DNA of 64,000 nt, taken from assembly GCF_009914755.1 (NCBI RefSeq), contig NC_060939.1, one strand, 5' to 3'. The notes beneath the pieces are model-generated. The model was not told the origin of the DNA. It saw only the letters and a program-made list of their open reading frames with translations, and ran no database searches. This document shows positions 27,401-40,100 of this stretch, in pieces; the stretch's first letter is position 1; each line of letters begins with the position of its first letter. Position numbers and translations under genes: made by a program. The stretch comes from the human T2T-CHM13v2.0 reference genome, Homo sapiens.

Positions 27401-30400
27401 ACCACAGTCCGCAAAGGGCTAAAAATATCCACTTGCCGATTCCACAAAAAGAGAGATTCAAAACTGCTCAATCACAAGATAGGTTCAACTTGGTAATTGG
27501 AAAGCACACATGACAAACAATTTCTGAGAATGTTTCTGTGTAGTTTTTAAGGGAAGATATTTGATTTTCAAATGTAGGCCTCAAATCGCTCCAAATATCC
27601 ACTTGCATATTGTACAAAAAGAGAGATTCAAAACTGGTCACTCAAAAGTTAGGTCCAGCTCTGTGAGCTGAATGCACACATCACAAAGATGTTTCTCAGA
27701 AGGTTTCTGTATAGTTTTTATATGAAGATATTTGCTTTTCCACAATATGCCTCAAATCTCCCCAATTATCCACTTGCAGATTCTAGAAAAAGAGTGTTTC
27801 AAAACAGCTCAATCAAAATAAACTTTCAACTCTGTGAGATCAATGCACACATCACAAAGAAGTTTCTCAGAATGCTTCTGTGTAGTTTTTTTTGTGAAGA
27901 TATTTGATTTTCCACAGCAGGCTTCCAAGCACTCCAAATATCCACTCGCAGATTCTGCAAAAAGAGAGATTCAAATCTGCTGAATCAAAAGATAGGTTTA
28001 ACTCTGTGACTTCAATGCACACCTCACAAGGGTGTTTCTCAGAAAGCTTCTGTGTAGTTTTTATATGAAGATATCTCCTTCTCCAAAGCAGGTCTCAAAG
28101 CCCTCCAAATATTCACTTCAAGATTCTACGGAAAGATTGTCTCAACACTGCTAAATCTAAACAAATGTTCAACTCTGTGTGATGAATGCACTCATCACAG
28201 AGAAGTTTCTCTGAATGCCTCTGTGTAGTTTTTATTTGAAGATATTTGCTTTTCCAGTATAGGGCGAAATAGGGCTCCAAATATTCACTTGCAGATTCTA
28301 CAAAAGGAGAGATTCCAAACTGCTCAATCAAAACATAGGTTCAACACTGTGAGTTGAATGCACACATCACAAAGAAGTTTCACAGAGTGCTTCTGGGTAG
28401 TTTTTATTTGAGGATATTTCCCTTTCCACAATAGGCCTCAAAGCTTTCCAAATATCCACTTGCAGATTCTGCAAAAAGAGAGATACAAAACTGCTCTATC
28501 AAAAGATAGATTCGACTCTGTGAGTTGAATGCCAACATCGCAAAGAAGTTTCTCAGAATGCTTCTCTGCAGCTTTTTTGTGAGTATGTTTCGTTTTCCAC
28601 CATAGGGCGAAATGGGGCTCCAAATATCCACTTGCATTTCCTACAAAAAGAGAGATTCTAAGCTGCTCAATCAAAACATTGTTTCAACACAGTTAGTTGA
28701 ATGCACACATCCCAAAGATGTTTTTCAGAGTGCTTCTGTGTGGTTTTTATGTGAAGATACTTCCTTTTCCACAATAGGCCTCAAATCTCTGTAAATATCC
28801 ACTTGCAGACTCTACAAAGAGTGTTTCCAAACTCCTCAATCATAAGATAGGTTCAACTCTGATAGTTGAATGCACACATCACAAAGAAGTTTCTCGGAAA
28901 GCTTCTGTGTAGTTTTTGATGAAGATATCTTCTTCTCTAAAACAGAACTCCAAGCCCTCCAAATATTCACTTCAAGATTCTACGGAAAGATTGTCTCAAA
29001 CTGCTAAATCAAAACAAAGGTTCAACTCTGTGTGATGAATGCATTCATCACAAAGAAGTTTCTCTGAGTGCTTCTGTGCAGTTTTTATTTGAAGATAATT
29101 GCTTTTCCAGTATAGGGCGAAATAGGGCTCCAAATATTCACTTGCAGATTCTACAGAAAGAGAGATTCCAAACTGCTCAATCAAAACATAGGTTCAACAC
29201 TGTGAGTTGAATGCATACATCGCAAAGAAGTTTCACAGAGTACTTCTGGGTGGTTTTTATTTGAAGATATTTCCCTTTCCACAATAGGCCTCAAAGCTTT
29301 CCAAATGTCCACTTGCAGATTCCACCAAAAGAGTGTTTCGAAACTGCTCAATCAAAAGAAAGGTTCTACTCTGTGGGATGAATGCACACATCACAAAGTA
29401 GTTTCTCAGAATGCTTCTGTGTAGTTTTTATGTGAAGATATTTGTTTTTCCACAGTAGGCCCCAAAGAGCTCCAAATATTCACTTGCAGATTCTACAAAA
29501 AGAGTGTTCCAAAACTGCTCAATCATGAAATAGGATCAACCCTGTGAGATGAATGTACGTATGACAGAGAAGTTTCTCAGAATGCTTCTGTGTAGTTTTT
29601 ATGCGAAGATATTCGACTTTCCACAGTACGCCTCAAAGTTCTCCAATTATCCACTCGTAGATCCTGCAAAAAGAGAGATTCAAAACTGCTCAATCAAAAG
29701 ATAGTTTCTACTCCATTAGCTGAAAGACCACATCACAAAAAAAGTTTCTCAGGATGCTTCTGTGTAGTTTTTATGTGAAGATATTTGGTTTTCCACAGTA
29801 GGCCTCAAAGCGCTCCAAATATCCACTCACAGATTCTGCAAAAAGAGAGATTCAAAACTGCTGAATCAAAAGACAGTTTCAACTCTGTGACTTCAGTGCA
29901 CACCTCACAAGGATGTTTCTCAGAATGCTTCTGTGTAGTTTTTATATAAAGATATCTCCTTCTCCAAAATGGATCTCAAAGTTCTCCAAATATTCACTTC
30001 CAGATTCTATGGAAAGATTGTCTCAAAACTGCTCAATCAAACCAAAGGTTCAACTCTGTGAGATGAATGCCCACATCACAAAGAAGTTTCTCAGAGTACT
30101 TCTGTGTAGTTTCTATTTGAGGATAGTTCCTTTTCCACCACAGACCAGAAAGGGCTCCAAATATCCATTGCAGATGGTACAAAAAGTGAGATTCAAAACT
30201 GCTCAATCCAAAGGTAGTTTCAACCATGTGATATGAATGCACACAGCACAGAGAATTTTCTCAAAATGCGTCTGTCTAGTTTTTATTTGAAGATATTTCC
30301 TTTTCTACCATAGGCCACAAACGTCTCCAAATATCCACATGCAGCTTCTACAAAAAGAGAGATTCAAAACTTCTCAATCAAAAGATAGGTTCAACTCTGT

Positions 30401-33400
30401 GAGTTGAAAGCACACCTCACAGAGAAGTTTCTCAGAGTGCTTCTGTGTGTTTTTATGTGAAGATATTTCCTTTTCCACAATAGGCCTCAAAGCTCTCCAA
30501 ATATCTGCGAGCAGAGTCTACAAAATGAGAGATTCAAAACTGCTCAATGAAAAGATAGGTTCAACTCTGTGAGTTGAATGCACACCTCCAAAGAAGTTTC
30601 TCAGAATGCTTCCGTGTAGTTTTTATGTGAAGATATTTACTTTTCCACAGTTGTCCCAAAGCTCTAAAATGTCCACTTGCAGACCCTCCAAAAGAGTGTC
30701 TCAGAATTGCTCAATCAAAGGGAAGGTTCAATTCTGTGTGACCAATGCACTCATCACAAAGAAGTTTGTCTGAATGCTTCTGTGTAGAATTGATTTGAAG
30801 ATAATTCCTTTTCCACCACAGTCCGCAAAGGGCTAAAAATATCCACTTGCCGATTCCACAAAAAGAGAGATTCAAAACTGCTCAATCACAAGATAGGTTC
30901 AACTTGGTAATTGGAAAGCACACATGACAAACAATTTCTGAGAATGTTTCTGTGTAGTTTTTAAGGGAAGATATTTGATTTTCAAATGTAGGCCTCAAAT
31001 CGCTCCAAATATCCACTTGCATATTGTACAAAAAGAGAGATTCAAAACTGGTCACTCAAAAGTTAGGTCCAGCTCTGTGAGCTGAATGCACACATCACAA
31101 AGATGTTTCTCAGAAGGTTTCTGTATAGTTTCTATATGAAGATATTGGCTTTTCCACAATATGCCTCAAATCTCCCCAATTATCCACTTGCAGATTCTAG
31201 AAAAAGAGTGTTTCAAAACAGCTCAATCAAAATAAACTTTCAACTCTGTGAGATCAATGCACACATCACAAAGAAGTTTCTCAGAATGCTTCTGTGTAGT
31301 TTTTTTTGTGAAGATATTTGATTTTCCACAGCAGGCTTCCAAGCACTCCAAATATCCACTCGCAGATTCTGCAAAAAGAGAGATTCAAATCTGCTGAATC
31401 AAAAGATAGGTTTAACTCTGTGACTTCAATGCACACCTCACAAGGGTGTTTCTCAGAAAGCTTCTGTGTAGTTTTTATATGAAGATATCTCCTTCTCCAA
31501 AGCAGGTCTCAAAGCCCTCCAAATATTCACTTCAAGATTCTACGGAAAGATTGTCTCAACACTGCTAAATCTAAACAAATGTTCAACTCTGTGTGATGAA
31601 TGCACTCATCACAGAGAAGTTTCTCTGAATGCCTCTGTGTAGTTTTTATTTGAAGATATTTGCTTTTCCAGTATAGGGCGAAATAGGGCTCCAAATATTC
31701 ACTTGCAGATTCTACAAAAGGAGAGATTCCAAACTGCTCAATCAAAACATAGGTTCAACACTGTGAGTTGAATGCACACATCACAAAGAAGTTTCACAGA
31801 GTGCTTCTGGGTAGTTTTTATTTGAGGATATTTCCCTTTCCACAATAGGCCTCAAAGCTTTCCAAATATCCACTTGCAGATTCTGCAAAAAGAGAGATAC
31901 AAAACTGCTCTATCAAAAGATAGATTCGACTCTGTGAGTTGAATGCCAACATCGCAAAGAAGTTTCTCAGAATGCTTCTCTGCAGCTTTTTTGTGAGTAT
32001 GTTTCGTTTTCCACCATAGGGCGAAATGGGGCTCCAAATATCCACTTGCATTTCCTACAAAAAGAGAGATTCTAAGCTGCTCAATCAAAACATTGTTTCA
32101 ACACGGTTAGTTGAATGCACACATCCCAAAGATGTTTTTCAGAGTGCTTCTGTGTGGTTTTTATGTGAAGATACTTCCTTTTCCACAATAGGCCTCAAAT
32201 CTCTGTAAATATCCACTTGCAGACTCTACAAAGAGTGTTTCCAAACTCCTCAATCATAAGATAGGTTCAACTCCGATAGTTGAATGCACACATCACAAAG
32301 AAGTTTCTCGGAAAGCTTCTGTGTAGTTTTTGATGAAGATATCTTCTTCTCTAAAACAGAACTCCAAGCCCTCCAAATATTCACTTCAAGATTCTACGGA
32401 AAGATTGTCTCAAACTGCTAAATCAAAACAAAGGTTCAACTCTGTGTGATGAATGCATTCATCACAAAGAAGTTTCTCTGAGTGCTTCTGTGCAGTTTTT
32501 ATTTGAAGATAATTGCTTTTCCAGTATAGGGCGAAATAGGGCTCCAAATATTCACTTGCAGATTCTACAGAAAGAGAGATTCCAAACTGCTCAATCAAAA
32601 CATAGGTTCAACACTGTGAGTTGAATGCATACATCGCAAAGAAGTTTCACAGAGTACTTCTGGGTGGTTTTTATTTGAAGATATTTCCCTTTCCACAATA
32701 GGCCTCAAAGCTTTCCAAATGTCCACTTGCAGATTCCACCAAAAGAGTGTTTCGAAACTGCTCAATCAAAAGAAAGGTTCTACTCTGTGGGATGAATGCA
32801 CACATCACAAAGTAGTTTCTCAGAATGCTTCTGTGTAGTTTTTATGTGAAGATATTTGTTTTTCCACAGTAGGCCCCAAAGAGCTCCAAATATTCACTTG
32901 CAGATTCTACAAAAAGAGTGTTCCAAAACTGCTCAATCATGAAATAGGATCAACCCTGTGAGATGAATGTACGTATGACAGAGAAGTTTCTCAGAATGCT
33001 TCTGTGTAGTTTTTATGCGAAGATATTCGACTTTCCACAGTACGCCTCAAAGTTCTCCAATTATCCACTCGTAGATCCTGCAAAAAGAGAGATTCAAAAC
33101 TGCTCAATCAAAAGATAGTTTCTACTCCATTAGCTGAAAGACCACATCACAAAAAAAGTTTCTCAGGATGCTTCTGTGTAGTTTTTATGTGAAGATATTT
33201 GGTTTTCCACAGTAGGCCTCAAAGCGCTCCAAATATCCACTCACAGATTCTGCAAAAAGAGAGATTCAAAACTGCTGAATCAAAAGACAGTTTCAACTCT
33301 GTGACTTCAGTGCACACCTCACAAGGATGTTTCTCAGAATGCTTCTGTGTAGTTTTTATATAAAGATATCTCCTTCTCCAAAATGGATCTCAAAGTTCTC

Positions 33401-34140
33401 CAAATATTCACTTCCAGATTCTATGGAAAGATTGTCTCAAAACTGCTCAATCAAACCAAAGGTTCAACTCTGTGAGATGAATGCCCACATCACAAAGAAG
33501 TTTCTCAGAGTACTTCTGTGTAGTTTCTATTTGAGGATAGTTCCTTTTCCACCACAGACCAGAAAGGGCTCCAAATATCCATTGCAGATGGTACAAAAAG
33601 TGAGATTCAAAACTGCTCAATCCAAAGGTAGTTTCAACCATGTGATATGAATGCACACAGCACAGAGAATTTTCTCAAAATGCGTCTGTCTAGTTTTTAT
33701 TTGAAGATATTTCCTTTTCTACCATAGGCCACAAACCTCTCCAAATATCCACATGCAGCTTCTACAAAAAGAGAGATTCAAAACTTCTCAATCAAAAGAT
33801 AGGTTCAACTCTGTGAGTTGAAAGCACACCTCACAGAGAAGTTTCTCAGAGTGCTTCTGTGTGTTTTTATGTGAAGATATTTCCTTTTCCACAATAGGCC
33901 TCAAAGCTCTCCAAATATCTGCGAGCAGAGTCTACAAAATGAGAGATTCAAAACTGCTCAATGAAAAGATAGGTTCAACTCTGTGAGTTGAATGCACACC
34001 TCCAAAGAAGTTTCTCAGAATGCTTCCGTGTAGTTTTTATGTGAAGATATTTACTTTTCCACAGTTGTCCCAAAGCTCTAAAATGTCCACTTGCAGACCC
34101 TCCAAAAGAGTGTTTCAGAATTGCTCAATCAAAGGGAAGG

Positions 34141-37100
34141 TTCAATTCTGTGTGACCAATGCACTCATCACAAAGAAGTTTGTCTGAATGCTTCTGTGTA
34201 GAATTGATTTGAAGATAATTCCTTTTCCACCACAGTCCGCAAAGGGCTAAAAATATCCACTTGCCGATTCCACAAAAAGAGAGATTCAAAACTGCTCAAT
34301 CACAAGATAGGTTCAACTTGGTAATTGGAAAGCACACATGACAAACAATTTCTGAGAATGTTTCTGTGTAGTTTTTAAGGGAAGATATTTGATTTTCAAA
34401 TGTAGGCCTCAAATCGCTCCAAATATCCACTTGCATATTGTACAAAAAGAGAGATTCAAAACTGGTCACTCAAAAGTTAGGTCCAGCTCTGTGAGCTGAA
34501 TGCACACATCACAAAGATGTTTCTCAGAAGGTTTCTGTATAGTTTCTATATGAAGATATTGGCTTTTCCACAATATGCCTCAAATCTCCCCAATTATCCA
34601 CTTGCAGATTCTAGAAAAAGAGTGTTTCAAAACAGTTCAATCAAAATAAACTTTCAACTCTGTGAGATCAATGCACACATCACAAAGAAGTTTCTCAGAA
34701 TGCTTCTGTGTAGTTTTTTTTGTGAAGATATTTGATTTTCCACAGCAGGCTTCCAAGCACTCCAAATATCCACTCGCAGATTCTGCAAAAAGAGAGATTC
34801 AAATCTGCTGAATCAAAAGATAGGTTTAACTCTGTGACTTCAATGCACACCTCACAAGGGTGTTTCTCAGAAAGCTTCTGTGTAGTTTTTATATGAAGAT
34901 ATCTCCTTCTCCAAAGCAGGTCTCAAAGCCCTCCAAATATTCACTTCAAGATTCTACGGAAAGATTGTCTCAACACTGCTAAATCTAAACAAATGTTCAA
35001 CTCTGTGTGATGAATGCACTCATCACAGAGAAGTTTCTCTGAATGCCTCTGTGTAGTTTTTATTTGAAGATATTTGCTTTTCCAGTATAGGGCGAAATAG
35101 GGCTCCAAATATTCACTTGCAGATTCTACAAAAGGAGAGATTCCAAACTGCTCAATCAAAACATAGGTTCAACACTGTGAGTTGAATGCACACATCACAA
35201 AGAAGTTTCACAGAGTGCTTCTGGGTAGTTTTTATTTGAGGATATTTCCCTTTCCACAATAGGCCTCAAAGCTTTCCAAATATCCACTTGCAGATTCTGC
35301 AAAAAGAGAGATACAAAACTGCTCTATCAAAAGATAGATTCGACTCTGTGAGTTGAATGCCAACATCGCAAAGAAGTTTCTCAGAATGCTTCTCTGCAGC
35401 TTTTTTGTGAGTATGTTTCGTTTTCCACCATAGGGCGAAATGGGGCTCCAAATATCCACTTGCATTTCCTACAAAAAGAGAGATTCTAAGCTGCTCAATC
35501 AAAACATTGTTTCAACACGGTTAGTTGAATGCACACATCCCAAAGATGTTTTTCAGAGTGCTTCTGTGTGGTTTTTATGTGAAGATACTTCCTTTTCCAC
35601 AATAGGCCTCAAATCTCTGTAAATATCCACTTGCAGACTCTACAAAGAGTGTTTCCAAACTCCTCAATCATAAGATAGGTTCAACTCCGATAGTTGAATG
35701 CACACATCACAAAGAAGTTTCTCGGAAAGCTTCTGTGTAGTTTTTGATGAAGATATCTTCTTCTCTAAAACAGAACTCCAAGCCCTCCAAATATTCACTT
35801 CAAGATTCTACGGAAAGATTGTCTCAAACTGCTAAATCAAAACAAAGGTTCAACTCTGTGTGATGAATGCATTCATCACAAAGAAGTTTCTCTGAGTGCT
35901 TCTGTGCAGTTTTTATTTGAAGATAATTGCTTTTCCAGTATAGGGCGAAATAGGGCTCCAAATATTCACTTGCAGATTCTACAGAAAGAGAGATTCCAAA
36001 CTGCTCAATCAAAACATAGGTTCAACACTGTGAGTTGAATGCATACATCGCAAAGAAGTTTCACAGAGTACTTCTGGGTGGTTTTTATTTGAAGATATTT
36101 CCCTTTCCACAATAGGCCTCAAAGCTTTCCAAATGTCCACTTGCAGATTCCACCAAAAGAGTGTTTCGAAACTGCTCAATCAAAAGAAAGGTTCTACTCT
36201 GTGGGATGAATGCACACATCACAAAGTAGTTTCTCAGAATGCTTCTGTGTAGTTTTTATGTGAAGATATTTGTTTTTCCACAGTAGGCCCCAAAGAGCTC
36301 CAAATATTCACTTGCAGATTCTACAAAAAGAGTGTTCCAAAACTGCTCAATCATGAAATAGGATCAACCCTGTGAGATGAATGTACGTATGACAGAGAAG
36401 TTTCTCAGAATGCTTCTGTGTAGTTTTTATGCGAAGATATTCGACTTTCCACAGTACGCCTCAAAGTTCTCCAATTATCCACTCGTAGATCCTGCAAAAA
36501 GAGAGATTCAAAACTGCTCAATCAAAAGATAGTTTCTACTCCATTAGCTGAAAGACCACATCACAAAAAAAGTTTCTCAGGATGCTTCTGTGTAGTTTTT
36601 ATGTGAAGATATTTGGTTTTCCACAGTAGGCCTCAAAGCGCTCCAAATATCCACTCACAGATTCTGCAAAAAGAGAGATTCAAAACTGCTGAATCAAAAG
36701 ACAGTTTCAACTCTGTGACTTCAGTGCACACCTCACAAGGATGTTTCTCAGAATGCTTCTGTGTAGTTTTTATATAAAGATATCTCCTTCTCCAAAATGG
36801 ATCTCAAAGTTCTCCAAATATTCACTTCCAGATTCTATGGAAAGATTGTCTCAAAACTGCTCAATCAAACCAAAGGTTCAACTCTGTGAGATGAATGCCC
36901 ACATCACAAAGAAGTTTCTCAGAGTACTTCTGTGTAGTTTCTATTTGAGGATAGTTCCTTTTCCACCACAGACCAGAAAGGGCTCCAAATATCCATTGCA
37001 GATGGTACAAAAAGTGAGATTCAAAACTGCTCAATCCAAAGGTAGTTTCAACCATGTGATATGAATGCACACAGCACAGAGAATTTTCTCAAAATGCGTC

Positions 37101-40100
37101 TGTCTAGTTTTTATTTGAAGATATTTCCTTTTCTACCATAGGCCACAAACCTCTCCAAATATCCACATGCAGCTTCTACAAAAAGAGAGATTCAAAACTT
37201 CTCAATCAAAAGATAGGTTCAACTCTGTGAGTTGAAAGCACACCTCACAGAGAAGTTTCTCAGAGTGCTTCTGTGTGTTTTTATGTGAAGATATTTCCTT
37301 TTCCACAATAGGCCTCAAAGCTCTCCAAATATCTGCGAGCAGAGTCTACAAAATGAGAGATTCAAAACTGCTCAATGAAAAGATAGGTTCAACTCTGTGA
37401 GTTGAATGCACACCTCCAAAGAAGTTTCTCAGAATGCTTCCGTGTAGTTTTTATGTGAAGATATTTACTTTTCCACAGTTGTCCCAAAGCTCTAAAATGT
37501 CCACTTGCAGACCCTCCAAAAGAGTGTTTCAGAATTGCTCAATCAAAGGGAAGGTTCAATTCTGTGTGACCAATGCACTCATCACAAAGAGGTTTGTCTG
37601 AATGCTTCTGTGTAGAATTGATTTGAAGATAATTCCTTTTCCACCACAGTCCGCAAAGGGCTAAAAATATCCACTTGCCGATTCCACAAAAAGAGAGATT
37701 CAAAACTGCTCAATCACAAGATAGGTTCAACTTGGTAATTGGAAAGCACACATGACAAACAATTTCTGAGAATGTTTCTGTGTAGTTTTTAAGGGAAGAT
37801 ATTTGATTTTCAAATGTAGGCCTCAAATCGCTCCAAATATCCACTTGCATATTGTACAAAAAGAGAGATTCAAAACTGGTCACTCAAAAGTTAGGTCCAG
37901 CTCTGTGAGCTGAATGCACACATCACAAAGATGTTTCTCAGAAGGTTTCTGTATAGTTTCTATATGAAGATATTGGCTTTTCCACAATATGCCTCAAATC
38001 TCCCCAATTATCCACTTGCAGATTCTAGAAAAAGAGTGTTTCAAAACAGCTCAATCAAAATAAACTTTCAACTCTGTGAGATCAATGCACACATCACAAA
38101 GAAGTTTCTCAGAATGCTTCTGTGTAGTTTTTTTTGTGAAGATATTTGATTTTCCACAGCAGGCTTCCAAGCACTCCAAATATCCACTCGCAGATTCTGC
38201 AAAAAGAGAGATTCAAATCTGCTGAATCAAAAGATAGGTTTAACTCTGTGACTTCAATGCACACCTCACAAGGGTGTTTCTCAGAAAGCTTCTGTGTAGT
38301 TTTTATATGAAGATATCTCCTTCTCCAAAGCAGGTCTCAAAGCCCTCCAAATATTCACTTCAAGATTCTACGGAAAGATTGTCTCAACACTGCTAAATCT
38401 AAACAAATGTTCAACTCTGTGTGATGAATGCACTCATCACAGAGAAGTTTCTCTGAATGCCTCTGTGTAGTTTTTATTTGAAGATATTTGCTTTTCCAGT
38501 ATAGGGCGAAATAGGGCTCCAAATATTCACTTGCAGATTCTACAAAAGGAGAGATTCCAAACTGCTCAATCAAAACATAGGTTCAACACTGTGAGTTGAA
38601 TGCACACATCACAAAGAAGTTTCACAGAGTGCTTCTGGGTAGTTTTTATTTGAGGATATTTCCCTTTCCACAATAGGCCTCAAAGCTTTCCAAATATCCA
38701 CTTGCAGATTCTGCAAAAAGAGAGATACAAAACTGCTCTATCAAAAGATAGATTCGACTCTGTGAGTTGAATGCCAACATCGCAAAGAAGTTTCTCAGAA
38801 TGCTTCTCTGCAGCTTTTTTGTGAGTATGTTTCGTTTTCCACCATAGGGCGAAATGGGGCTCCAAATATCCACTTGCATTTCCTACAAAAAGAGAGATTC
38901 TAAGCTGCTCAATCAAAACATTGTTTCAACACGGTTAGTTGAATGCACACATCCCAAAGATGTTTTTCAGAGTGCTTCTGTGTGGTTTTTATGTGAAGAT
39001 ACTTCCTTTTCCACAATAGGCCTCAAATCTCTGTAAATATCCACTTGCAGACTCTACAAAGAGTGTTTCCAAACTCCTCAATCATAAGATAGGTTCAACT
39101 CCGATAGTTGAATGCACACATCACAAAGAAGTTTCTCGGAAAGCTTCTGTGTAGTTTTTGATGAAGATATCTTCTTCTCTAAAACAGAACTCCAAGCCCT
39201 CCAAATATTCACTTCAAGATTCTACGGAAAGATTGTCTCAAACTGCTAAATCAAAACAAAGGTTCAACTCTGTGTGATGAATGCATTCATCACAAAGAAG
39301 TTTCTCTGAGTGCTTCTGTGCAGTTTTTATTTGAAGATAATTGCTTTTCCAGTATAGGGCGAAATAGGGCTCCAAATATTCACTTGCAGATTCTACAGAA
39401 AGAGAGATTCCAAACTGCTCAATCAAAACATAGGTTCAACACTGTGAGTTGAATGCATACATCGCAAAGAAGTTTCACAGAGTACTTCTGGGTGGTTTTT
39501 ATTTGAAGATATTTCCCTTTCCACAATAGGCCTCAAAGCTTTCCAAATGTCCACTTGCAGATTCCACCAAAAGAGTGTTTCGAAACTGCTCAATCAAAAG
39601 AAAGGTTCTACTCTGTGGGATGAATGCACACATCACAAAGTAGTTTCTCAGAATGCTTCTGTGTAGTTTTTATGTGAAGATATTTGTTTTTCCACAGTAG
39701 GCCCCAAAGAGCTCCAAATATTCACTTGCAGATTCTACAAAAAGAGTGTTCCAAAACTGCTCAATCATGAAATAGGATCAACCCTGTGAGATGAATGTAC
39801 GTATGACAGAGAAGTTTCTCAGAATGCTTCTGTGTAGTTTTTATGCGAAGATATTCGACTTTCCACAGTACGCCTCAAAGTTCTCCAATTATCCACTCGT
39901 AGATCCTGCAAAAAGAGAGATTCAAAACTGCTCAATCAAAAGATAGTTTCTACTCCATTAGCTGAAAGACCACATCACAAAAAAAGTTTCTCAGGATGCT
40001 TCTGTGTAGTTTTTATGTGAAGATATTTGGTTTTCCACAGTAGGCCTCAAAGCGCTCCAAATATCCACTCACAGATTCTGCAAAAAGAGAGATTCAAAAC

